DNA of 48,135 nt from an uncultured Gammaproteobacteria bacterium (GTDB lineage Bacteria; Pseudomonadota; Gammaproteobacteria; Chromatiales; Chromatiaceae). Every line of letters starts with the position of its first letter. Within the stretch, counting starts at the first letter, position 1. The DNA lies in assembly GCA_964516045.1 (NCBI GenBank), contig CAZEWM010000001.1, forward strand, positions 1 to 48,135, given 5' to 3'. Positions 1 through 8,379 of the stretch are shown piece by piece. The notes under the pieces were generated by a model. It did no database searches, was not told the DNA's origin, and saw only the letters and a program-made list of their open reading frames with translations. A program made the position numbers and the translations under genes.

Positions 1-2
1 GT

Positions 3-1427
3 GTGGTGCCGATGTTGCCAGAGGTGCTCTCTAATGGACTGTGCTCGATCAATCCAAAGGTCGATCGTCTGTGCATGGTCTGTGAGATGTACTTTGATCC
101 GCAGGGCAAGATGTTCCGCTCGCGCTTCTTTGAAGGCGTGATGAATTCACATGCCCGCCTTACCTATGACCAAGTGGGCGCGATGCTGATTGATAATGAT
201 CAGGCGCTTAAAGAAGAGTTCGCACACGTATTACCGCATCTCGAAGACCTACATGGCCTTTATAAAGTGCTACATGCAGCACGTGCCGTGCGCGGTGCAA
301 TTGATTTTGATACCACTGAAACGCGGTTTAAATTTGATGAGAACGGCAAGGTGGCCGAAGTGGTGCCACTGGTGCGACATGATGCACACCGTTTAATTGA
401 AGAATGCATGTTGGCGGCTAACGTTGCAGCAGCACGCTTCTTACTTAAGAATAAAATACCTGCCTTGTACCGTGTGCATGAGCGCCCAAGTGAGGAGAAG
501 CTCTCGGACTTGGGGCAATTTTTACGTGAACTGGGTTTGTCCCTTAAGGGTGGTCTAGAGCCAACTGCGAAAGATTATGCCGAGCTGCTTGAGCAAGTTA
601 AAACGCGTGCGGATTACCATGTGATTCAAACTGTACTGCTGCGCTCGATGATGCAAGCGGTGTATACCGATGAGAATGTTGGGCACTTTGGTTTGGCATT
701 TGAAGCCTATGCGCATTTCACCTCACCGATTCGTCGCTACCCAGACTTGATGGTGCATCGTGCGATCCGTCATGTGCTACGAAATGGTTCGGCAAAAGGC
801 TTTGCCTATACGGATAAAGATTTAGCGCACATGGGTGAGCACTGTTCACTGTGTGAGCGTCGCGCGGATGATGCATCGCGTGATTCGGCTGATGCCCTTA
901 AGTGTTATTTCATGCTGGATAAAGTGGGCGAAAGCTTCCAAGGCACAATCTCAGGTGTGAATAGCTTTGGTCTGTTTGTCGAGCTAGATGAGATTTTTAT
1001 CACCGGCTTGATTCATATCACTGCGCTTGATCGTGATTACTTCATCTTTGATCCCATTGGTCATCGGTTAACGGGCGAGCGTTCGGGTAAGGTTTATCGC
1101 TTAGGTGATCGTATTAGGGTGCGAGTTGCTGCTGTCAACATGGAAGATCGCAAGATCGACTTTGTACTCGATGATGGCAATAGCGAAGCGCCGACTAAGA
1201 AGAAAGTTGAGATGATTCATGGTGTGCCAGCGGATCAACTGCGCATTGATCGCCCACCACGTTCGCAACCAGGTTCAAAAAAGCCGAGTAAAAACCCATG
1301 GGGATCGCGTTCTGAGTCGGACGAAAAGAAGACCAGTAAAAAGAAAGCGAGCAAAGGTAAAAAGCGTAAAGGTCGCCCGGGTAAGAAAGAGCGTGCCGCA
1401 GCTAAGACTAAAAAAGGTACGCATTAA
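3..1427 (+). CDS. rnr: Ribonuclease R, C-terminal ~474 aa (5' end cut by window edge)
   Basis: RNB catalytic-domain motif HFGLAFEAYAHFTSPIRRYPDLMVHR. S1-like segment (FQGTISGVNSFGLFVELD...). Lys/Arg-rich basic tail typical of RNase R. Followed 3 nt later by rlmB, as in the E. coli rnr-rlmB operon. Confidence 0.95.
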   Translation: MVPMLPEVLSNGLCSINPKVDRLCMVCEMYFDPQGKMFRSRFFEGVMNSHARLTYDQVGAMLIDNDQALKEEFAHVLPHLEDLHGLYKVLHAARAVRGAIDFDTTETRFKFDENGKVAEVVPLVRHDAHRLIEECMLAANVAAARFLLKNKIPALYRVHERPSEEKLSDLGQFLRELGLSLKGGLEPTAKDYAELLEQVKTRADYHVIQTVLLRSMMQAVYTDENVGHFGLAFEAYAHFTSPIRRYPDLMVHRAIRHVLRNGSAKGFAYTDKDLAHMGEHCSLCERRADDASRDSADALKCYFMLDKVGESFQGTISGVNSFGLFVELDEIFITGLIHITALDRDYFIFDPIGHRLTGERSGKVYRLGDRIRVRVAAVNMEDRKIDFVLDDGNSEAPTKKKVEMIHGVPADQLRIDRPPRSQPGSKKPSKNPWGSRSESDEKKTSKKKASKGKKRKGRPGKKERAAAKTKKGTH

Positions 1428-1430
1428 GTC

Positions 1431-2177
1431 ATGGGCGATAAGCAACAATGGGTTGCCGGTATACATGCAGTGCGTTCAGCGCTTAAGTTTGGTCGTGAGC
1501 GAATTAATGAAATCATTTACGACGCGACACGCAAAGACCGTCGTTTGAATGCTGTTTTAGATGATGCGAAAAAGCTCGGTATCCCTCTGACCGCGAGCGA
1601 TAAGAAAACTGTCGAGAAGCTAGCTGGTAGCGCTAACCATCAGGGTGTAGTGATCAGTACCCAAGCGCCTACTGCGCAGACTGAGGATGATCTTGATAAC
1701 TTACTGAATAGCCTCGATCATCCGCCTTTATTATTGGTCCTTGATGGCGTGACCGATCCGCATAACCTAGGTGCCTGTCTGCGCACGGCTGATGGTGCGG
1801 GAGTGGATGCGGTGATTGCACCTAAAGATAAATCGGTCGGGCTAACCCCGGTGGCAGTGAAGGTCTCGAGTGGTGCCGCTGAAACTGTGCCGTTTGTGCA
1901 GGTGACGAATCTGGCGCGGACTTTGCGACATCTCCAGGATGATTTTCGTATTTTTGTAGTCGGTACGACGGGTGAGACCGATCTCGAGCTCTACCAAGCG
2001 GATTTGACCGGTGCACTAGCGCTGGTAATGGGCGCCGAAGGTGAGGGTATGCGACACCTGACGGCCGAACAATGCGACCAATTGGTGCGTTTACCCATGC
2101 AGGGGCAGGTCGAGAGTCTGAATGTGTCGGTAGCGACCGGTGTCGCGCTCTACGAGGCCGTCCGTCAGCGCCGCTAA
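1431..2177 (+). CDS. rlmB: 23S rRNA (guanosine-2'-O)-methyltransferase RlmB (SpoU/TrmH family)
   Basis: SpoU motifs LVLDGVTDPHNLGACLRTADGAG, LVMGAEGEGM and ESLNVSVATGVALYE. N-terminal SpoU substrate-binding region. Synteny with rnr. Confidence 0.9.
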   Translation: MGDKQQWVAGIHAVRSALKFGRERINEIIYDATRKDRRLNAVLDDAKKLGIPLTASDKKTVEKLAGSANHQGVVISTQAPTAQTEDDLDNLLNSLDHPPLLLVLDGVTDPHNLGACLRTADGAGVDAVIAPKDKSVGLTPVAVKVSSGAAETVPFVQVTNLARTLRHLQDDFRIFVVGTTGETDLELYQADLTGALALVMGAEGEGMRHLTAEQCDQLVRLPMQGQVESLNVSVATGVALYEAVRQRR

Positions 2178-2179
2178 GC

Positions 2180-2208
2180 TTGCATTTTATAAGGCGTTTC
2201 TCTAGAAT
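2180..2208 (+). promoter_or_regulatory. Sigma70-type promoter for the rpsF operon (TTGCAT-17 nt-TAGAAT)
   Basis: TTGCAT at 2180-2185, exact 17-nt spacer, TAGAAT at 2203-2208. Sits just after the rlmB stop and ~80 nt upstream of the rpsF ATG. Confidence 0.55.
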
Positions 2209-2214
2209 CGCGCG

Positions 2215-2290
2215 CTCTCGTCGGTCCTCTGGGTCGGCACTCCTTGCTTCACCGCGCAGTGCGGGAGGCTTTTACCCGTAAGGAGCTACA
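2215..2290 (+). promoter_or_regulatory. Structured rpsF 5' leader (candidate S6:S18 autoregulatory element)
   Basis: Hairpin 2247-2268 (cttc-a-ccgc/gcagt/gcgg-gagg) with a bulged A and a CCG in the stem. CTCCTT at 2240-2245 is the exact complement of the SD AAGGAG at 2280-2285, so the leader can occlude the ribosome-binding site. Confidence 0.35.
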
Positions 2291-2644
2291 ATGCGTCATT
2301 ACGAAATCGTGTTCCTGGTCCACCCTGATCAGAGTGAGCAGGTGCCAGCAATGGTAGACCGCTACAAGTCGGTAATTGAAACTGCCGGCGGTAAAATTCA
2401 CCGTCTAGAAGATTGGGGTCGTCGCCAGTTGGCTTACCCAATTAATAAAGTTCACAAAGCACACTATGTGTTGATGAACGTTGAAGCGACTGGTGAAGCT
2501 TTAACTGAACTTGAAACCTTGTTCCGCTTCAATGATGCGGTCATCCGTAACTTGGTAATCCGTCGCGATGAGGCGGTAACTGAGGCGTCGCCTTTGATCA
2601 AAGAAGACGACAAGAAAGATGCACCTGAAGCTGCAGCTAGCTAA
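2291..2644 (+). CDS. rpsF: 30S ribosomal protein S6
   Basis: [18 protein letters not shown]... is the canonical S6 N-terminus. Acidic C-terminal tail. AAGGAG SD 5 nt upstream. Confidence 0.97.
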   Translation: MRHYEIVFLVHPDQSEQVPAMVDRYKSVIETAGGKIHRLEDWGRRQLAYPINKVHKAHYVLMNVEATGEALTELETLFRFNDAVIRNLVIRRDEAVTEASPLIKEDDKKDAPEAAAS

Positions 2645-2660
2645 TTAAGGAGAGAGTTCG

Positions 2661-2882
2661 ATGTCACGTTTTTTCCGTCGTCGTAAAGGTTGTCGTTTCG
2701 CGGCTGAAGGTATCGAGATCGATTACAAAGATCTAAACACCTTGCGCCAGAACATTACCGAAACCGGCAAGATTGTTCCTAGTCGTATCACTGGCACCAG
2801 TGCTAAGTACCAGCGTCAGTTGGCTACTGCTGTGAAGCGTGCGCGCTTCTTGGCTTTGTTGCCTTACTCAGATAGCCATTAA
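2661..2882 (+). CDS. rpsR: 30S ribosomal protein S18
   Basis: [13 protein letters not shown]...IDYKD...L...[38 protein letters not shown] is canonical S18. AAGGAGAG SD upstream. Confidence 0.97.
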   Translation: MSRFFRRRKGCRFAAEGIEIDYKDLNTLRQNITETGKIVPSRITGTSAKYQRQLATAVKRARFLALLPYSDSH

Positions 2883-2942
2883 TCGGCTGGTGAGTGTGGT
2901 GTCGTTTAAAGCGACATCCGTTCGGTTTTACCGAGTAGTTGT

Positions 2943-3848
2943 ATGAAAGCCCTAATCACTTGGGTGATGAAGGGACGCACTCAGGCCATCATGGCGACCA
3001 CCGTGTCGGGTATGTTGGCTCTGATGATCACGCCGATGGCGTTGATCAGTGCAGCGCTGGTGGTCTTGGCCACGTTGAGAAACGGCGCAAGAGAAGGTCT
3101 CTTGGTTGTTTTATCAGCAGGGTTTGCGATCGCTGGTTTGGGTGGCTTGATTTTTAACATGCCACTCGCAATGGCCATCATGGGCTTAGTTCTATGGTTG
3201 CCAGCATGGGGTTCGGGTTTGCTGTTAGGGCAGAGTCGATCACTCAGCAAAACAATCGAGGTTCTTGCCATGGCGGCAATTGGCTTGGTTGTTGCGCAAT
3301 ACCTACTGTTAGGTGATCCCAATGCGTATTGGGATGGCTTGATAACTGAATACATGAAACTTCAGTTTGATACATCGGTAGTGCCAGAAGCGGATCAGCA
3401 AGCATTGGCGACAGCTATTGCTGGTTGGATGCCTGGTGGTGTTGCGGCAAGTTGGTTGAGCTCGTCGAGCGTTGCAGTGTTTATTGCACTGTGGATGCAA
3501 GCCAAGCTGAACCAAAGCAATGAGTTTGGACAGGCGTTTCGTGCGTTTGCTGTGAGTCGAGTGTGGCTCTGGTTGGTTCCAATCACATTGTTGCCATCGT
3601 TGCTGAGTGATCAAGGTCCAACGCTGTTAGGGCAGTTGTACCTGGTAGGAACCACCTTGTTTTTGCTGCAGGGTTTGAGTGTGGCTCATGCTTGGGTTCA
3701 TCAAAAGGGTGAATCAAAGCGAGGCTGGATTTACGGCTTGTACTTTGTGTTGTTCGTCGGCTTACCGTATAGCGTTACAGCAATCGCTGCCGCTGGGTTT
3801 GCGGACGGATGGTTAAATTTTCGAGCAAAGATTCAATCAAAAGATTGA
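2943..3848 (+). CDS. Polytopic inner-membrane protein of unknown function (possibly DUF2232-type; family assignment from memory only)
   Basis: 301-aa ORF with about 7-8 long hydrophobic segments and no recognisable catalytic motif. Same strand as, and tightly flanked by, rpsR and rplI. No terminator until after rplI. Confidence 0.7.
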   Translation: MKALITWVMKGRTQAIMATTVSGMLALMITPMALISAALVVLATLRNGAREGLLVVLSAGFAIAGLGGLIFNMPLAMAIMGLVLWLPAWGSGLLLGQSRSLSKTIEVLAMAAIGLVVAQYLLLGDPNAYWDGLITEYMKLQFDTSVVPEADQQALATAIAGWMPGGVAASWLSSSSVAVFIALWMQAKLNQSNEFGQAFRAFAVSRVWLWLVPITLLPSLLSDQGPTLLGQLYLVGTTLFLLQGLSVAHAWVHQKGESKRGWIYGLYFVLFVGLPYSVTAIAAAGFADGWLNFRAKIQSKD

Positions 3849-3926
3849 GTTGGATGAAGGACAACCTTCGGCTCAGTGAGTTCGTGATAACACGGCTCCA
3901 CATTACCTTTAATCGGGGTTAGAAAG

Positions 3927-4376
3927 ATGGAAGTAATTCTTCTAGAAAAAGTAGCAAACGTTGGTGCATTGGGTGACAAGGTTACCGTCAAGTCTGGTTA
4001 CGCTCGTAACTTCTTGATCCCTCAGGGCAAGGCAGTTTTTGCAAGCGACTCAAACGTTGCAGAATTCGAAGCACGTCGTGCAGAGCTTGAGAAGCAGGCA
4101 GCTGAAAAGCTAGCTGCAGCTGAGTCACGTAAGGCGGCTATCGAAGCGATCGACGGCGTCACTATCGCTCACCAAGCAGGTGACGAGGGTAAGTTGTTCG
4201 GTTCTGTTGGTACTGGCGATATTGCTGATGCAGTCACTGCGGCAGGTGTTGAGGTAACGCGTGCTGAAGTACGTATGCCTGAAGGTGCGATTCGTGAAGT
4301 GGGCGAATATGAGTTCGCAATTCACTTGCACACTGACGTAGACGCAACTGTAAAAGTTACTGTTGTTGCTGAGTAA
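3927..4376 (+). CDS. rplI: 50S ribosomal protein L9
   Basis: [37 protein letters not shown] is the canonical L9 N-domain. Length 149 aa. Confidence 0.97.
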   Translation: MEVILLEKVANVGALGDKVTVKSGYARNFLIPQGKAVFASDSNVAEFEARRAELEKQAAEKLAAAESRKAAIEAIDGVTIAHQAGDEGKLFGSVGTGDIADAVTAAGVEVTRAEVRMPEGAIREVGEYEFAIHLHTDVDATVKVTVVAE

Positions 4377-4402
4377 TCAGCCTCGCTGATTACCTAAAAG
4401 AA

Positions 4403-4434
4403 CACCCTAGCAAGCACCTTGCTGGGGTGTTTTT
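4403..4434 (+). terminator. Rho-independent terminator after rplI
   Basis: 12-bp stem caccctagcaag / cttgctggggtg (one G-U pair), 3-nt loop, followed by TTTTT at 4430-4434. Confidence 0.8.
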
Positions 4435-4437
4435 GTG

Positions 4438-4483
4438 GCCGCTGTTTGACCGATCGATTTGCTGATCAGTCTCAGCGGCTTTT
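4438..4483 (+). other. Second long imperfect hairpin plus T-run immediately upstream of dnaB
   Basis: Outer stem gccgctg (4438-4444) / cagcggc (4473-4479). Inner pairings gac..gatc / gatc..gtc. Followed by TTTT at 4480-4483. Contains two GATC sites. Confidence 0.3.
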
Positions 4484-4499
4484 ATGTTTTAATGCAGTG

Positions 4500-5933
4500 A
4501 TGTCAGACGAATTAAATCCTCCCGCCTCTTACGAAGATTACAGCGAAAACACCGTCTCAATGCCGGTTGATCAAGCGTTGGAAACGCTTCGTGTGCCACC
4601 GCATTCTGTGCAGGGTGAACAAGCTGTTTTGGGCGGCTTGATGCTTAATTCAGATGCGTGGAATGAGATCTCTGACAAGATTTCTAGCGAAGATTTCTAT
4701 CGTCGCGAACATCAATTAATCTTTAAAGCTATGCGTGCGCTTTCAGAGGCGGATCAGCCCCTGGATGTGGTGACGATTGCCGAAGAGTTAGAGCGACGCG
4801 CTGAACTCAGTGACGTGGGCGGCATGCCATACCTTGGTATGTTGGCAAATGAAACACCTACAGCATCAAACGTGCCGGCTTATGCGCGAATCGTGCGTGA
4901 GCAATCGGTGATGCGTCAGTTAATCAGAGTCGGCAATAAGATTGCAGATAGTGGCTACCGTCCTGAAGGACGTCCGGTGGATGATCTGCTCGATCAAGCA
5001 GAGACCGAAGTCTTTAAGATTGCTGAGCAAAAGGATAAAGGACGCCAAGGATTCCAAAATATTCAGGCCTTGCTAACGAAAACAGTCGATAAGATCGATG
5101 AACTATTTAACAGCGATGATGCCCTCACAGGTGTCTCATCTGGCTTTAATGATTTTGACGGTCGCACCTCCGGTTTACAGAAAGCTGATTTGGTTATCGT
5201 GGCAGGTCGTCCCTCGATGGGTAAGACCACCTTTGCGATGAATATGTGTGAGAACGTTGCGATTGGTGCAGGCGTGCCTGTTGCGATTTTTTCAATGGAA
5301 ATGCCAGCTGAAGCACTGACTATGCGTATGATTTCATCGCTTGGTCGTATTAATCAGCAAGCCGTGCGTTCAGGAAAATTAGAAGATGACGATTGGCCGC
5401 GTGTTACCTCAGCAGTCAATATACTTAGCCAAGCGAAAATCTTTATTGATGACTCAGCAGCACTGACACCTAACGAGATTCGTGCGCGTTGTCGTCGTTT
5501 GCAAAAGGAGCATGGCCAGTTAGGTATGGTCATGGTCGACTATCTGCAGTTAATGCGTGCGCCAGAAGCAGGTGATAACCGTGTTAACGAGATCTCGGCA
5601 ATCTCGCGTGGCTTAAAAGCCTTAGCTAAAGAATTAAATTGCCCAGTGGTTGCGCTATCGCAGCTTAATCGTTCGCTTGAGCAACGTCCGAATAAACGTC
5701 CTGTTATGTCAGATCTTCGCGAATCGGGTGCGATAGAACAAGATGCTGACTTGATCGTGTTTATTTATCGCGATGAGGTCTATAACGAAGACTCACCGGA
5801 TAAAGGTAAAGCCGAGATCATTATTGCTAAGCAACGTAATGGTCCTATCGGTACAGTTAACCTGACCTTCCAGGGTCAGTTCACTCGCTTTGATAACTTT
5901 GCGCGTGATGTCTACGAAGAGATGGACTACTAA
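4500..5933 (+). CDS. dnaB: Replicative DNA helicase DnaB
   Basis: PPHSVQGEQAVLGGLML N-domain, Walker A GRPSMGKTTF, Walker B MVMVDYLQLM, SQLNRSLEQR and RESGAIEQDAD motifs. Start trimmed from the track's 4419 TTG, which lies inside the rplI terminator, to the ATG at 4500 (MSDELNPP...). Confidence 0.94.
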   Translation: MSDELNPPASYEDYSENTVSMPVDQALETLRVPPHSVQGEQAVLGGLMLNSDAWNEISDKISSEDFYRREHQLIFKAMRALSEADQPLDVVTIAEELERRAELSDVGGMPYLGMLANETPTASNVPAYARIVREQSVMRQLIRVGNKIADSGYRPEGRPVDDLLDQAETEVFKIAEQKDKGRQGFQNIQALLTKTVDKIDELFNSDDALTGVSSGFNDFDGRTSGLQKADLVIVAGRPSMGKTTFAMNMCENVAIGAGVPVAIFSMEMPAEALTMRMISSLGRINQQAVRSGKLEDDDWPRVTSAVNILSQAKIFIDDSAALTPNEIRARCRRLQKEHGQLGMVMVDYLQLMRAPEAGDNRVNEISAISRGLKALAKELNCPVVALSQLNRSLEQRPNKRPVMSDLRESGAIEQDADLIVFIYRDEVYNEDSPDKGKAEIIIAKQRNGPIGTVNLTFQGQFTRFDNFARDVYEEMDY

Positions 5934-5938
5934 GCAGC

Positions 5939-7012
5939 ATGCCACTTAGCAACGCATGGGCCACGATTGATCACGCTGCGTTGTTACATAACGTTTCGCG
6001 GGTTAGCGATTTGGCACCCAATAGCAACATCATGGCGGTGATTAAATCACTCGGTTATGGCCATGGTGCAATCTCGTTAGCCTATGCACTGCAAGATAAA
6101 GTTGATGCCTTTGCAGTAGCGCGTGTCGAAGAAGGTTTGGCGCTTCGTGCTGAAGGTATTACCAAGTCAATCTTAGTGCTTGAGGGTTTATGTTCACCTG
6201 AGCAGGTATCGCTTGCGCAACAACATCAGCTTGATGTCGCTATTCATCACCCTAAGCAGTTGACGTGGCTTGAGGACTTAGATGGCCCATTGGGCTGTTG
6301 GATCAAAGTTGATAGCGGCATGTCGCGCCTAGGCCTGCATCCAGATCAGGTGCCCGAGGTGCTAGCGGTCGTTCAACAGCATAAGTATCTCAAGCTAAAA
6401 GGTGCTATGACCCACTTTGCGAACGCCGATGATCCGCAAGATGTTAAAACCGATGTGCAGCTCTCGGCCTTTAATGACATTGCGTGGCCGGAGGGTTTGC
6501 CACTGTCTATCGCCAATTCGGCTGCAGTGTTAACGCGGCCTGATGCGCATGCAGATTGGGTGCGCCCTGGTTTGATGTTGTATGGTGCATCACCGCTACT
6601 CAATCAAAGTCCTCAATCGCTTGGTTTAAAACCTGTGATGCAGTTATCCAGTCGGTTAATTTCAATCAAGCAATTAAACGCCGGTGATAGCGTTGGTTAT
6701 GGTGCGACATGGCATGCCGATGAGAGCATGCCGATGGGTGTTGTCGGTATTGGTTATGGCGATGGTTATCCACGCGAAGTGCCGGCTGAGGCTTATGTAC
6801 TTATCAATGGTAAGCAAGCGCCTATCATTGGTCGCGTCTCGATGGATATGATCACGGTTGATCTGCGTGGTATTGATTGTGTGATCGGTGATGAAGTGAC
6901 TCTGTGGGGCGAAGGGTTGCCGATTGATCTTGTCGCGCAATGGACAAACACTATTGCCTATACTTTGATGTGTGGAGTGACTCAGCGCGTTCAGCGTATT
7001 AACAAATCTTAA
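5939..7012 (+). CDS. alr: Alanine racemase
   Basis: PLP-lysine motif AVIKSLGYGHG. C-terminal GYGDGYPR and SMDMITVDL motifs. dnaB-alr linkage as in Pseudomonas and E. coli. Confidence 0.93.
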   Translation: MPLSNAWATIDHAALLHNVSRVSDLAPNSNIMAVIKSLGYGHGAISLAYALQDKVDAFAVARVEEGLALRAEGITKSILVLEGLCSPEQVSLAQQHQLDVAIHHPKQLTWLEDLDGPLGCWIKVDSGMSRLGLHPDQVPEVLAVVQQHKYLKLKGAMTHFANADDPQDVKTDVQLSAFNDIAWPEGLPLSIANSAAVLTRPDAHADWVRPGLMLYGASPLLNQSPQSLGLKPVMQLSSRLISIKQLNAGDSVGYGATWHADESMPMGVVGIGYGDGYPREVPAEAYVLINGKQAPIIGRVSMDMITVDLRGIDCVIGDEVTLWGEGLPIDLVAQWTNTIAYTLMCGVTQRVQRINKS

Positions 7013-7014
7013 CG

Positions 7015-8379
7015 ATGGCAAAAGCAGCAAAAACAGCCTATGTGTGTACCGAGTGTGGCGCTACCTTTCCTAAATGGGCAGGGCAGTGTACTGACTGTGG
7101 TGCATGGAATACGTTAGAAGAAACCGTGCCATCCTCAGCGCCTGAACAAGGTCGCTTTGCGGGCTATGCTGGTGAAGTACCCGCCACAATTCGTGCATTA
7201 GCTGATGTCTCCGCTGAAGAGACCTCGCGGATTAGTACTACATTGAAAGAGCTTGATCGGGTACTGGGTGGTGGCTTAGTGCTAGGTTCGGTGACCTTGA
7301 TCGGTGGTGATCCGGGTATTGGTAAGTCAACGCTATTGATTCAAGCGATGTCATTGCTTAGCGAAAAGATGTCGACCTTGTATGTCAGCGGTGAAGAATC
7401 CGCTGAACAGATCAGTTTGCGTGCGCACCGTTTAGGCCTCCCGGGCGATAAGGTGCAGCTACTTACTGAAACATGCGTTGAGCGCATTATTCAGTTAGCG
7501 CAGCAGCACAAACCCAAAGTGATTGTGCTCGACTCAATTCAAACCTTTTACACCCAAGAGCTGAATTCGGCACCAGGTTCTGTTGCGCAGGTGCGTGAAT
7601 CTGCGGCGCATTTGGTACGCTTTGCTAAACAAACCGGTACCAGTTTGTTCTTGGTGGGACATGTCACAAAAGAGGGCGCGTTAGCGGGGCCTCGTGTGCT
7701 CGAGCATATGGTCGATACCGTGTTGTACTTCGAAGGTGAGAGTGGCTCACAGTTCCGTTTGATTCGTGCCATCAAGAATCGTTTTGGCGCGGTGAATGAG
7801 TTGGGTGTCTTTGCGATGACCGATAAAGGTCTCAAAGAAGTGAGTAACCCCTCAGCGATTTTCTTATCTCGACATGAGCAACAAGTGGCAGGTAGTGCCA
7901 TTCTGGTAACTCGTGAAGGCACACGCCCTATGTTGGTTGAGGTGCAAGCACTGGTGGATCAAAGTCCATTGGGTAACCCGCGTCGTGTGGCATTAGGTTT
8001 AGAGCAAAATCGTTTATCGATGTTGCTTGCGGTGCTGCATCGTCATGGCGGTGTCGGCATGTTCGATCAGGATGTTTTCTTAAATGTGGTCGGTGGTGTG
8101 CGTGTCACAGAACCCGCGGCTGATTTGCCTGTCTTGCTTGCTGCCTTATCAAGCTTCCGTGATCGTCCCCTGCCAATGGAATTGGCTGCTTTTGGTGAGG
8201 TAGGGCTAGCAGGTGAAATACGTCCAGTACCCAATGGTCAGGATCGTCTGCGTGAAGCGCTTAAACATGGCTTTACCCGAGTGATAGCGCCAAAGAGCAA
8301 CGTGCCGAAAAAGCCTATCGATGGCTTAGAGATTATTCCGGTGACACGTCTGAGTGAGGCGATCGACGCGATTACTTAA
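7015..8379 (+). CDS. radA: DNA repair protein RadA/Sms
   Basis: N-terminal C4 zinc finger CTECGATFPKWAGQCTDCGAWNT, Walker A GGDPGIGKST, KNRFG motif, Lon-protease-like C-terminal domain. Confidence 0.95.
   Translation: MAKAAKTAYVCTECGATFPKWAGQCTDCGAWNTLEETVPSSAPEQGRFAGYAGEVPATIRALADVSAEETSRISTTLKELDRVLGGGLVLGSVTLIGGDPGIGKSTLLIQAMSLLSEKMSTLYVSGEESAEQISLRAHRLGLPGDKVQLLTETCVERIIQLAQQHKPKVIVLDSIQTFYTQELNSAPGSVAQVRESAAHLVRFAKQTGTSLFLVGHVTKEGALAGPRVLEHMVDTVLYFEGESGSQFRLIRAIKNRFGAVNELGVFAMTDKGLKEVSNPSAIFLSRHEQQVAGSAILVTREGTRPMLVEVQALVDQSPLGNPRRVALGLEQNRLSMLLAVLHRHGGVGMFDQDVFLNVVGGVRVTEPAADLPVLLAALSSFRDRPLPMELAAFGEVGLAGEIRPVPNGQDRLREALKHGFTRVIAPKSNVPKKPIDGLEIIPVTRLSEAIDAIT

Noticed and set aside
1219-1548. 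109-aa plus-strand ORF and 63-aa minus-strand ORF over the rnr 3' end/rlmB 5' end, with very basic translations.
   Set aside because: They are alternate-frame readings of the AAG/AAA-rich sequence that encodes the lysine-rich RNase R tail. They cross the rnr/rlmB boundary. Artefact.
4419-4499. N-terminal extensions in the ORF track: dnaB 4419, aminotransferase 10175, smc 14272, trxC 24686, carA 25305, carB 26483, ftsH 31258, nuoB 37306, nuoJ 45439, nuoK 46045.
   Set aside because: The extended starts are mostly TTG or GTG and add residues absent from family N-termini. The dnaB extension runs through the rplI terminator. Internal ATGs reproduce the canonical N-termini (for example [39 protein letters not shown]).
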